This document shows positions 53,041 through 61,534 of a stretch of 64,000 nt of DNA, in pieces (within the stretch, counting starts at the first letter, position 1; each line of letters starts with the position of its first letter). Under the pieces are notes generated by a model. That model did no database searches, had not been told where the DNA came from, and saw only the letters and a program-made list of their open reading frames with translations. Made by a program: the position numbers and the translations under genes. The DNA comes from an uncultured Candidatus Saccharibacteria bacterium. GTDB taxonomy: Bacteria > Patescibacteriota > Minisyncoccia > Phycocordibacterales > UBA9973. The stretch covers positions 9,366 through 73,365 of the forward strand of contig CAZYBS010000003.1 in assembly GCA_964645245.1 (NCBI GenBank), in the 5' to 3' direction.

Positions 53041-54087
53041 ATGTTTGAAAAACTTTACAAATTAATTTCCAATGACATCGGTATAGATTTAGGCACATCC
53101 AATACCTTGGTTTATTTAAAAGGCCATGGCATCGTTATCAATGAGCCCTCCGTGGTGGCCGTCAATATCAAGACCAATCAGATTCTAGCTGTCGGCGCGA
53201 AAGCCAAAGAAATGCTGGGCCGCACTCCGGGGCACATTAAAGCTATTCGTCCTCTGGTGGAGGGCGTCATATCGGACTTTGAAATCACCGAAGAGATGCT
53301 TTCATATTTGATAAATAAAGCGAATAAAATATCGAAAAAATTGGCGCGGCCGAGAGTTTTAGTTGGCGTGCCGTCCGGTACAACCAATGTGGAAACGCGC
53401 GCCGTCTATGATGCGGCGCGTTCGGCCGGCGCGCGGGAAGTTTTCTTGGTGGAAGAACCGATGGCCGCCGCTATTGGCATCCGGCTGCCTATTAAAGACC
53501 CGGTCGGCTCGATGATTATAGATATTGGTGGCGGAACGACGGATATTGCGGTAATTTCTTTAGGCGGAGTCGTAAAGTCCAAAAACTTAAAAATAGCCGG
53601 TGATAGATTAAATAATGACATCATCACCTATATGCGTGATGAGTTTAAAATACTGATTGGCGAGAGAACTGCCGAGATGGTGAAGATTGCCATCGGTTCT
53701 GTTATTCCCGGAGAATACATGGAAACAGAAGTTCATGGGCGTGATCTTCTGACCGGACTGCCCCGTGCCGTGACGGTGACCGATGCCGATATCCGTGAGG
53801 CGCTTTTATTGTCAATTAAAGGATTGGTAGAGGGTGTGAAAGATATGCTGGAAACGACACCGCCGGAAATTTTATCTGACATAATGCATCGGGGGATTAC
53901 TCTCTCCGGCGGTGGGGCGCTCTTGCCCGGACTGGACCAGCTTTTACAGCGCGTTCTCAAAATTCCGGTTTACGTGGTAGAAGACCCGCTTTCGTCTGTC
54001 GCTCGCGGGACCGGAGTAATTTTAGATGATATTCCATTTTATCAAGAAGTTTTGATTGGGAATCAAAATGAGTTACCTCCTAGATAG
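53041..54087 (+). CDS. mreB: Rod shape-determining protein MreB
   Basis: IGIDLGTSNTLVY...VINEPSVVA...MIIDIGGGTTDIAV actin-fold phosphate motifs. Confidence 0.9.
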   Translation: MFEKLYKLISNDIGIDLGTSNTLVYLKGHGIVINEPSVVAVNIKTNQILAVGAKAKEMLGRTPGHIKAIRPLVEGVISDFEITEEMLSYLINKANKISKKLARPRVLVGVPSGTTNVETRAVYDAARSAGAREVFLVEEPMAAAIGIRLPIKDPVGSMIIDIGGGTTDIAVISLGGVVKSKNLKIAGDRLNNDIITYMRDEFKILIGERTAEMVKIAIGSVIPGEYMETEVHGRDLLTGLPRAVTVTDADIREALLLSIKGLVEGVKDMLETTPPEILSDIMHRGITLSGGGALLPGLDQLLQRVLKIPVYVVEDPLSSVARGTGVILDDIPFYQEVLIGNQNELPPR

Positions 54088-54901
54088 AAAAATAAAGAGA
54101 AAAAAGTTTCTGTATGTTGTGTTTTTTGCCATTATTTTACTTATCTTGTTTTATTTTAGATTAGGTATTTTCAGCGGTCTGGCTTATGCTAGTCATAAAA
54201 TTTTTCGTCCTGTTTTAATTTTAGGGAATAATATTGGTGAAAAAGTTTCCAATCTTGGTTCATTTTTTGTTTCCAAAAATTCTCTTTATAAACAAAATGA
54301 AAATCTTAAATCTCAATTAAATGAAAATAAAGCAATGATGATAAATTATAATTCTGTCCTGGCTGAGAATATTAACCTTAAAGAAATCCTGGGCAGGAAA
54401 AAAGAGCAAACTAATTTTATTTTGTCCGCTATATTGTCCAAACCGAACCAAAGTCTTTATGACACGCTGATTATTGACGTAGGCACAAATGGGGGAGTAA
54501 AAATAGGAAACATAATTTTTGCCCTCGGTAATGTGCCTATCGGGCGTGTGTCGGATGTCTACCAAAGTTCTTCAAAAATTATATTGTTCTCAAATGCAGG
54601 TGAAAAGACACAAGTAGTAATTGCTCCTAAGGATACCCGCCCGAACGACCGGAGTCGTCCGGTCGGGCAGGTTTTTATAGAGATAGTCGGGCGAGGGGGA
54701 GGGAATTTTGAAATGGCTTTACCAAGAGATTTCACGCTCTCCAAAGGAGATCAGATAGTTTTGCCTGGTATTAATCCTTATGTTTTAGGCACTGTTCAGA
54801 CGATAATTTCCGATCCGCGTGATCCTTTTGTCAAGGCTTTGCTGGTCAGTCCGGTGAATATACAAGAGCTTAAATTTGTGGAAGTAGAGTTGCAAAAGTA
54901 A
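54068..54901 (+). CDS. mreC: Rod shape-determining protein MreC (with in-frame family B GC-rich insert)
   Basis: Follows mreB; N-terminal TM, coiled coil (NENLKSQLNENK), C-terminal beta domain (GDQIVLPGINPYVLG). The track starts at TTG 54056. Confidence 0.75.
   Translation: MSYLLDRKIKRKKFLYVVFFAIILLILFYFRLGIFSGLAYASHKIFRPVLILGNNIGEKVSNLGSFFVSKNSLYKQNENLKSQLNENKAMMINYNSVLAENINLKEILGRKKEQTNFILSAILSKPNQSLYDTLIIDVGTNGGVKIGNIIFALGNVPIGRVSDVYQSSSKIILFSNAGEKTQVVIAPKDTRPNDRSRPVGQVFIEIVGRGGGNFEMALPRDFTLSKGDQIVLPGINPYVLGTVQTIISDPRDPFVKALLVSPVNIQELKFVEVELQK
54636..54671. repeat. Family B GC-rich hairpin in-frame in mreC (encodes TRPNDRSRPVGQ)
   Basis: cccgcccgaacgaccggagtcgtccggtcgggcagg: inner stem GACCGGA/TCCGGTC, outer imperfect stem. 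Confidence 0.75.
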
Positions 54902-55014
54902 TTTTGCTTTTGATAAATGCACCAGTCCGAAAGCCGGAAATTGCCCAAAATTCATTGCATTTTATAGACAGCTTGATATACTAACCTTATTCTACTTTAA
55001 TTCAAAAGAAAGAG

Positions 55015-56412
55015 GTGAAGAAAAAAATAAAAAAACCGGGGAAAAATTGGAAGAAATTTTGGAAGCTGGGAAATGAAGAATTCAACACCCAGTATTTTGA
55101 CGTCACTAAAGACGGGGAGCTGGTAGTACAAGAAGGGAATTATGTTTACAACCTAAATGAGATTGTAAAAAAATACGGCACGCCCACCGAAATCGTTTTT
55201 CCTTTTATCCTGGAGGAACGTTTGGAAGATTTACAGGACTACTTCCGCGCTTATATGAAAATAGGGGGATATCACGGAAAGTTTTATTATCATTACCCCA
55301 TGAAGGTTAACCAAAATAAGGAGTTTATCCTGCCGCTCATTTCCGAAGGAGCGCATATGGAGGTTGGCTCAGTTAATGAATTATGGCTGGTGAAAAAGAT
55401 GTGGGAAGGCGAGAAGTTTCATTCCAAAATTCGAGTATTTTGCAATGGGCCAAAAACAGAAGCCTACATAAAACTGATAGAGGAATTGCGGTCTAAAAAT
55501 CTGTCAATTATGCCGATTATAGAAGATGAACATGAGCTGGAGAGGTTTGCCAAATATAAAGGGGACGTAGGTATTCGGGTTAATTTGGATACCAAAGCGG
55601 ATACTCACTGGGATAAAAGAGTTGACCGTTTTGGTTTTTCCAACAAGGAGCTTTTAGACCTACCGAAGATGAAAAATTTAAAAGTCCTTCATTATCACAT
55701 CGGCTCACAGGTCAATAGCGCTACGAGCATAATGAAGCCTATTGAAGAAGCGATGAATTTGTATATAAAATTGGTGAAAAATCATCCTAATTTAGATACT
55801 CTGGACGTGGGCGGAGGCTTTGGTGTCCCTTATGAGAAAAAATCTTTTTATGGGGCCAAAAAAGTTTCTGAGAAAATAGTTCGCCTGCTAAAAAAGATGA
55901 GCGATGATACCGATATTCGGCATCCGAATTTAGCTGTAGAATGGGGTAGATATATTGTCGCACCGGCCCAAATCACTATTTACAATATTATTGCGGAAAA
56001 ACCGATTCCGAAAGCGAATGCGAAGTCCTGGTATGTGATTGACGGAAGTTTTATGAATGACCTTTTAGACACTTGGGCCATTCATCAAAAATGGCATATC
56101 GTTCCGGTGAACCACGCCAATACTTCTGCTTTTAAGAGTGTCTGGCTGGCCGGGAGCTCTTGCGACTCGGATGATAAATATACATCCGGTGGTAGCTATA
56201 TATTGATGCCAAAGTTGAAAGAAGGCGAAGCTCAATACTTGGCAATTTTTGATACTGGCGCTTATCAGGACGCTCTGGCTTCGCATCATTGCTTGCTTTC
56301 TTCACCCGCTAAATTGATTGCTCAAGACGGCACCATAAAAATTGCCCGCAAGCGCGAGACTCCCGACTCCATCGGCAAGCTCTTCGGCTGGAACAATGGG
56401 GACCACAAATGA
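55015..56412 (+). CDS. PLP-dependent Orn/DAP/Arg decarboxylase family enzyme (probable arginine or ornithine decarboxylase for polyamine synthesis)
   Basis: PLP-Lys region HYPMKVN, LHYHIGSQ, Gly-rich DVGGGFGVPY, C-terminal beta-barrel with SSCDSDD. Confidence 0.7.
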   Translation: MKKKIKKPGKNWKKFWKLGNEEFNTQYFDVTKDGELVVQEGNYVYNLNEIVKKYGTPTEIVFPFILEERLEDLQDYFRAYMKIGGYHGKFYYHYPMKVNQNKEFILPLISEGAHMEVGSVNELWLVKKMWEGEKFHSKIRVFCNGPKTEAYIKLIEELRSKNLSIMPIIEDEHELERFAKYKGDVGIRVNLDTKADTHWDKRVDRFGFSNKELLDLPKMKNLKVLHYHIGSQVNSATSIMKPIEEAMNLYIKLVKNHPNLDTLDVGGGFGVPYEKKSFYGAKKVSEKIVRLLKKMSDDTDIRHPNLAVEWGRYIVAPAQITIYNIIAEKPIPKANAKSWYVIDGSFMNDLLDTWAIHQKWHIVPVNHANTSAFKSVWLAGSSCDSDDKYTSGGSYILMPKLKEGEAQYLAIFDTGAYQDALASHHCLLSSPAKLIAQDGTIKIARKRETPDSIGKLFGWNNGDHK

Positions 56413-56452
56413 ATCAGGTTCTAGTAGTTAAATTCTAGGTTTTAGAATATAT

Positions 56453-56923
56453 ATGAAAAATTATTTTATTGGTTTTGCTGTATTAGTTATTTTTTTTGTA
56501 TCTTATCACTCTTGGACGGCCGTCAATTTTGATAATATAAAATATGTTCGGATAGCCGGGCAGAATATTAAAGTTGAACTTGCTTTGACCGAAAGGGAGC
56601 AAGAAAAAGGGCTTTCCGGAAGAAGCGGACTCGAAGAAGATAAAGGCATGTTGTTTGTTTTTTCCGCCCAAGGCGGATTCGCCTCTGGCGGAGATAAAGC
56701 TAACCACCCTAGATTTTGGATGAAGGATATGAATTTCGCAATAGATATAATTTGGATTGGGGAGGATTTACGAATAGTTTACATAAAAAAAGATGCTCGG
56801 CCCGAATCTTATCCGGAAACTTTCGGCTCTGACCAAAATTCCAAATATGTTTTGGAAGTTATTGCCGGTTTCGCGGATAAAAATAATTTGAAAAAAGGGG
56901 ATAGGGTGAAGCTCGTTTACTAA
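56453..56923 (+). CDS. DUF192 (COG1430) family protein with signal/TM N-terminus
   Basis: IKVELALTEREQEKGLSGRSGLEEDKGMLFVF...MKDMNFAIDIIWIGED is the DUF192 core. Confidence 0.65.
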   Translation: MKNYFIGFAVLVIFFVSYHSWTAVNFDNIKYVRIAGQNIKVELALTEREQEKGLSGRSGLEEDKGMLFVFSAQGGFASGGDKANHPRFWMKDMNFAIDIIWIGEDLRIVYIKKDARPESYPETFGSDQNSKYVLEVIAGFADKNNLKKGDRVKLVY

Positions 56924-57017
56924 CAAAAGTAAAAAATTCTACTATAAAACCGATCGGAATTGTGGTAGAATTAAGAAAATTACAAAAGAAAACTCCGCCT
57001 TATGGGCGGAGTCTCCA

Positions 57018-57330
57018 TTTTTTGTTGCAGGCATCTATAAGCCGAATTCTGTATTCCCGACGCAAGGTCGGGATGATAGCAATTTGTCTAGGTCCGGCAT
57101 TACTGCGGGACTCAAGCGATTCTTCCCTCGATTTCTCTCGGGGCACGATCTTGCACAGGAGTAAGTATTTAGCCGTTTCAGCCGGACTTAACCGGGTCGT
57201 TTCTGTTCGCAACTCCGTATCACTACGGAAGGGTATTACCCTCTACTTTTTCCCGCTAAGCGGGATCTGTGTTCGGACTTTCCTCCCCTCACCTCTAGAG
57301 GTGAGGGGTAGCTATCCAATACCTGCTCAG
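57018..57330 (-). ncRNA. rnpB: RNase P RNA, reduced bacterial form (about 310 nt)
   Basis: On the minus strand: P4 5' strand GGAGGAAAGTCCGAACACAG and P4 3' strand ATACAGAATTCGGCTTATAGATG (consensus GGAAAGUCCGG...ACAGAAnnCGGCUUA). P1 pairing GAGCAGGTA/GATGCCTGC. Terminator CTCCGCCcataaGGCGGAG+TTTT at the 3' end. Putative promoter TTGCGA-17-TGTAAACT at 57333-57361. Confidence 0.8.
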
Positions 57331-57494
57331 AAAGTTTACAATACTTGCATTCTTTTCGCAAGTATGCTATACTCATTTTGTGAGTGTGAGGTAAGACTCA
57401 CATTTATCGTAAACAACATAAGTGCCACAAAAGTCCGCTGATGAGGCGGACTTTTGTTTGCAAGTAAGTTTAAAATATACTATTCTAAATTAAA

Positions 57495-58397
57495 ATGATA
57501 GACTCAATTTTTAGCGCGAAAAATATGGATGAAGCTGATGCAGTTATCGTTTCTGCCCCATATGAGAAGACAGCTTCCAGCAGAAAGGGTACAGCCAAAG
57601 GCCCGAAGGCCATCATCCATATGCTTGATTCAAAGCTGGAGCTTTTTGATCGCAATTACAAAATACAACCTTGCGATAAAATAAAAATCGCCGTTAAGGA
57701 TTTAGGAAATATTAATTCATTTTCACCAAGGAAAGCACTCCTGAAGATTGCGACTGAATGTGGGAAAATTTTAGATAAGAATAAATTTGTATTTTTACTT
57801 GGTGGCGAGCACTCAGTCTCGCTCGGACTCTTTCAGGCGCTGGCTAGAAAAGTAAACCCAAAAGATGTGACCATTTTACACATAGACGCGCACTGCGACT
57901 TGCGCAACGATGACTCAGACTTCAGTTTGAAGCCAACCGAATTTTCACATGGATGTGTATTGCGTCGCGCTCATGAACTCGGATATAATCTAGTCCAAGT
58001 TGGTATCCGCACATATTACAAAGGTGAATATAAATATTTTATTAAACACAAAAATACCATAAAAGTGTTTGAATGGGGTAATGGCAAGAAAATCCCAAGC
58101 ACTGCGGAAATATTAAAATCAATTAAAACTAAAAAAGTTTATATTACAATAGACGCGGATGGTTTTGACCCGGCTTATATGCCCGGTACTGGTACAGCTG
58201 TGCAGGGAGGATTAGAATGGTGGTATGGGGTAGAACTCATTGAGCGCGTCATAGACCAAAAAGAATTAATTGGAGCTGACATCGTGGAAGTTTCTCCGAT
58301 GCGCGATTCTATTCTCACCGAATACGGCGCCGCCCAGCTTTGCTACACGATGATAGCGCATAAGTTCAGGGGAAAATTAAAACCTAAACTAATTTAG
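57495..58397 (+). CDS. Ureohydrolase (arginase/agmatinase family)
   Basis: Metal-binding motifs GGEHSVSLG, ILHIDAHCDLRND, ITIDADGFDPAYMPGTGT. Confidence 0.8.
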   Translation: MIDSIFSAKNMDEADAVIVSAPYEKTASSRKGTAKGPKAIIHMLDSKLELFDRNYKIQPCDKIKIAVKDLGNINSFSPRKALLKIATECGKILDKNKFVFLLGGEHSVSLGLFQALARKVNPKDVTILHIDAHCDLRNDDSDFSLKPTEFSHGCVLRRAHELGYNLVQVGIRTYYKGEYKYFIKHKNTIKVFEWGNGKKIPSTAEILKSIKTKKVYITIDADGFDPAYMPGTGTAVQGGLEWWYGVELIERVIDQKELIGADIVEVSPMRDSILTEYGAAQLCYTMIAHKFRGKLKPKLI

Positions 58398-58400
58398 ATT

Positions 58401-59447
58401 TTAATTTAAACCACATTCTTCTATCAATTTATTTGCTTCTGCAGGATTTGCTTTGCATTCCAGAAGCGCGGAGAGGATCAGGGGAGCCACGATCGTGGCA
58501 TCAGATTCTATGATGAACATCGGGGTGTCTTTGGTCAGTTTGTCCCAGGTGATTTTTTCATTCGGGGTTGCGCCGGAATATGAGCCATAGGAAGTGGTAG
58601 AATCGGAAATCTGGCAGAAGTACGCCCAGGGCCTGGCTTTAACTTTCATGTCGTATTTGAGCGATGGCACGACGCATATCGGAAAATCCCCGGCGATGCC
58701 TCCGCCGATCTGGAAAAAGCCTATTCCTTGCCCCCGGGAGAGCTTTTGGTATTGGTCGTAGAATGCCGTCATGTATTCTATGCCGCTCTTGGCGATAGAT
58801 GCATTTGCATCACCGAGCTTCACATGCGAGGCGAAGATATTGCCGAAGGTTGAGTCTTCATAGCCGGGCACAACCATGGGAAGATTATTCTCGGCGGCGG
58901 CCAAGAGCCAGCATTCTTCCATTTTGCCTTCGTGCTTTTTCTTATCAATCGCTTGAATCAAATCATAAAAATATTCGTGCCAGAATTTGCGGGTGCCTTC
59001 TTTGGTGGCCTTTTCCCAAACAGGTACGATAAGTCCCTCCACGGCGCGGAAAGCTTCATCTTCGGGAATGCTGGTATCCGTCACTCGGCGCATCCGGTTC
59101 TTCAATATCTTCGCGTCGTCTTCTTTGGTAAAATAGCGATAATTAGGGAAATCTTTGTAGCTATCATGCGCTACCAGACGGAAGAGTGATTCTTCCAGGT
59201 TCGCGCCGGTGACAGACAGGCCGTGGATTAGTCCGTGGCGGATTGCTGGTGCCAGGGTGATGCCAAGCTGGGCGGAAGACATCGCTCCGGCCACGGTCCA
59301 GAACATTTTGCCGCCTTTTTCCAAATGCTTCCAATAGGCAACCAGCGCGTCACGCGTCACGCGCGAGTTGAAGTTTTTGTAATTTTTGAGAATGAATTCT
59401 AATGTTGGAAGATTTGTGTTCATAATATAATAATAATTGTAGAGCAA
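58401..59447 (-). CDS. Deoxyhypusine synthase-like protein (homospermidine synthase candidate)
   Basis: DHS-family length and Gly-rich NAD loop QIGGGIAGDFP, VTGANLEE. Adjacent to the decarboxylase and agmatinase genes. Confidence 0.65.
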   Translation of the reverse strand: MLYNYYYIMNTNLPTLEFILKNYKNFNSRVTRDALVAYWKHLEKGGKMFWTVAGAMSSAQLGITLAPAIRHGLIHGLSVTGANLEESLFRLVAHDSYKDFPNYRYFTKEDDAKILKNRMRRVTDTSIPEDEAFRAVEGLIVPVWEKATKEGTRKFWHEYFYDLIQAIDKKKHEGKMEECWLLAAAENNLPMVVPGYEDSTFGNIFASHVKLGDANASIAKSGIEYMTAFYDQYQKLSRGQGIGFFQIGGGIAGDFPICVVPSLKYDMKVKARPWAYFCQISDSTTSYGSYSGATPNEKITWDKLTKDTPMFIIESDATIVAPLILSALLECKANPAEANKLIEECGLN

Positions 59448-59565
59448 CTAGAAATGCTGTCAAGCAAAACTGCTTTAAATGAGAAGAGCGCTTGCGGTGT
59501 TGGGAAACACGTTGGGCGCTCTTGGTGGGAACGACAATAGAACATGGACGGCTCCTCTGATGAAG

Positions 59566-59988
59566 TTAGTTTACCCGGGTAGAGGAAACTTTCTCCTTCC
59601 GTTCGAGTCCTTCCTCGACAACCTCAACGAGGTCGTCGACTACCTGCTCAAGCTCAAGGATGAGGGGAACGGCCTCATCGGAACCGCTTTCACGAAGTTG
59701 CCTGGCGTTCTGAATCAGCAACTGGAGCGTCGACAGCCAGGCAAGCGTTTTTTCGGCGAGAGCGTCGGCTTTCACCGCGCGCTCTGCAAGAGACATCCGC
59801 ACCCGAGAATCGAAGGTGTTTGAGAGTTCTTCCTTCAATTCCCGCAGGTGCTTCTTCACGCAGGCGACCCGGGCCCGAAATGTCCGGAGGTTAATTTTCT
59901 TGCTCCGAATCACCCTGGCCATGACCGCGAAATCCATCAGAATACATTTCCGGGGATTTTCGGCCGCTTCGAGTGTGTCCGCAGCCAT
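59566..59988 (-). CDS. Hypothetical protein (140 aa) in a ~58% GC islet with strong SD (AAGGAAGGAGCAG-N6-ATG)
   Basis: Helical, charged sequence (LRELKEELSNTFDSRVRMSLAERAVKADALAEKTLAWL). Preferred over the shorter opposite-strand ORF on RBS and length; no family recognised. Confidence 0.4.
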   Translation of the reverse strand: MAADTLEAAENPRKCILMDFAVMARVIRSKKINLRTFRARVACVKKHLRELKEELSNTFDSRVRMSLAERAVKADALAEKTLAWLSTLQLLIQNARQLRESGSDEAVPLILELEQVVDDLVEVVEEGLERKEKVSSTRVN

Positions 59989-60083
59989 AATTACTGCTCC
60001 TTCCTTAAATCAACGAAAAATCGATGAACAGCCTACTGATTCTTTGTATCAAAAAATTGAGTAGCTGTCAAACCTTAACCCTT

Positions 60084-60335
60084 TTATTCAGCTTCGGCTT
60101 TAGAAACAGTCACCCCTTCTTTTACCTTCTTAGTAACTTGCAAGCCAACCACCTCACCTTTCTTTGCCTGCTTAACCTCTTGGTGTTCAACTTGCATCGA
60201 GCTGACTGTTTGCTCAAAATCTGAGCCGTGGCCCTCGAATTTAACTTTGTCGCCCACTTTAAGACCGGTGGCCAATTCAACTATAGCCACGCCTATCTTG
60301 TCATAATAATGGGTAACTTTTCCGACCAGTTTCAT
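60084..60335 (-). CDS. Small hypothetical beta-rich protein (about 84 aa; MKLVGKVTHYYDKIGVAIVELATGLKVGDKVKFEG...)
   Basis: The track ORF extends to 60422 and would overlap tRNA-Ala; the internal Met at 60335 is preferred. Confidence 0.4.
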   Translation of the reverse strand: MKLVGKVTHYYDKIGVAIVELATGLKVGDKVKFEGHGSDFEQTVSSMQVEHQEVKQAKKGEVVGLQVTKKVKEGVTVSKAEAE

Positions 60336-60394
60336 ATGGAATAATTGTACAAAAAGAGACTGCACAATGCAAGTTGCCTTGATGTATCTTTTTG

Positions 60395-60467
60395 TGGACC
60401 CTAGCGGTCTCGAACCGCTCACCTCCTCATTGCAAATGAGGCGCTCTACCAGATGAGCTAAGGGCCC
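60395..60467 (-). tRNA. tRNA-Ala (anticodon UGC) with G3:U70; CCA not encoded
   Basis: Reverse complement GGGCCCT-TA-GCTC-ATCTGGTA-GAGC-G-CCTCA-TTTGCAA-TGAGG-AGGTG-AGCGG-TTCGAGA-CCGCT-AGGGTCC-A. Confidence 0.88.
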
Positions 60468-60488
60468 CTCTGCTCGCGAGCAGAGGGG

Positions 60489-60761
60489 CTAAGGGCCCTC
60501 CACTTGCAAGCCAGACGAATTCTTTATTCTCTTTTTCAACTCTTTATATCCAGCGGAAAAACGTTTCAACATGTCTTCGCGATGTTTGGCGTCAGCTTGT
60601 GCTTTATATGCTTCATAATAAACAAGCTGAAAAGGTGCTTTGTGTTTTGTTGAAACATTTTTACCGCTATTATGTTCCACCAAACGCCTTTTCAAATCAT
60701 TTGTGTATCCAATGTATAACTCCTTTAATCTAGCACTCTTTAATACGTAAACATAATACAT
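60489..60761 (-). CDS. Small GIY-YIG nuclease-domain protein (90 aa) immediately upstream of tRNA-Ala
   Basis: YYVYVLKSARLKELYIGYTNDLKRRLVEHNSG is the GIY-YIG core. Stop lies 21 nt from the tRNA 5' end. The gap holds the palindrome CCTCTGCTCGCGAGCAGAGG flanked by a duplicated GCTAAGGGCCC. Confidence 0.7.
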   Translation of the reverse strand: MYYVYVLKSARLKELYIGYTNDLKRRLVEHNSGKNVSTKHKAPFQLVYYEAYKAQADAKHREDMLKRFSAGYKELKKRIKNSSGLQVEGP

Positions 60762-61003
60762 GTTTTTGTATTCTACATTCTATCTTATTTTCTCAATAAT
60801 GCAAATTTTGTTGTTGTTTTTTCCGTCATTTCTGGTACTATGGTAAAAGTTCTTTTTAAAATAAATAAATTCCGGGGTAGTTGAAATACGATAGTATTTC
60901 AAAGGCGGAGGCACGAAAGGTGCCGAGTCGGGGTCGCGAGATTTTTCAGTAGAAAAATACTTGTGACCAGCGGTGTCCGCTGACCTATCTCGAATGAATA
61001 AAT

Positions 61004-61323
61004 TCCGGGGTAGCTCAGCGGTAGAGCGATCGCCTGTAGAGAGATGCAGCTTCCTAAAGAAACTTAGGAATGAAAACAAGGTGAATTCGGGGAAGCCCTT
61101 CGAGATAAACTCTCAGGGTAATCCCGAGCCAAGCTCTGGTAAGCCAGAGAAGGTGTAGAGACTATCCATTTATGGAGTACATCAACACTAAATGTTGATG
61201 GAAGCGCCTTGCTCCTAAACTTATAGCGCAGGCTATGAATATGGAGATGATATAGTCCACACTTCTAGTAATAGGAGATAAAGTGTAAGCGATTGGTCGT
61301 AGGTTCGATCCCTACCCCCGGAG
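61004..61323 (+). tRNA. tRNA-Asn (anticodon GUU) interrupted by a 248-nt group I intron in the anticodon loop (exons 61004-61037 and 61286-61323)
   Basis: Exons: TCCGGGG-TA-GCTC-AGCGGTA-GAGC-G-ATCGC-CTGT|TAA-GCGAT-TGGTC-GTAGG-TTCGATC-CCTAC-CCCCGGA-G. The spliced loop CUGUUAA and discriminator G73 match bacterial tRNA-Asn. Confidence 0.75.
61038..61285 (+). ncRNA. Group I self-splicing intron (IC3-like, as in bacterial tRNA introns)
   Basis: P7 strands GTAGAGACTATCC and GATGATATAGTCC. P4/P6 conserved ACTCTCAGGGTAATCCCGAGCCAAGC (compare cyanobacterial tRNA-Leu intron CUCAGGGAAACC...AAUCCUGAGCCAAGCC). IGS GCAG pairs with exon CUGU with U.G at the 5' splice site. Terminal omega-G at 61285. Confidence 0.75.
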
Positions 61324-61534
61324 CTCGTAAAAATCTTAGGTCGCTAGAAATGGCGGCCTTTGATTTTTTGAGCTACGGGGAGAAAGCAAAATGTTTTGCT
61401 TTCGTGTAGGGAGCGAAAAGCTTTTGTGTCTTTTTAGAAACTTGTTTAAAAAAAGTACAAAAGGTATACTGCCCCTGTAAGGGGAGATAACCTACCCCCG
61501 GAGCCAAATTAGATAAATGTAACAATCTAAAATT

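Noticed and set aside
56962-57441. 159-aa plus-strand ORF
   Set aside because: Lies entirely over the minus-strand RNase P RNA (P4 motifs, terminator); this is an ORF artifact of a GC-rich structured RNA.
59479-59823. Plus-strand 114-aa ORF in the 59.5-60.0 kb GC islet
   Set aside because: The opposite-strand ORF is longer, has a strong SD and a more protein-like composition. Both frames being open is expected in high-GC DNA.
61004-61060. Reading the intron-containing tRNA as tRNA-Tyr (anticodon GTA visible in unspliced DNA)
   Set aside because: The variable loop is 5 nt (bacterial tRNA-Tyr is class II). The IGS pairing with a U.G places the splice site after U35, giving the spliced loop CUGUUAA with G73, identical to tRNA-Asn.
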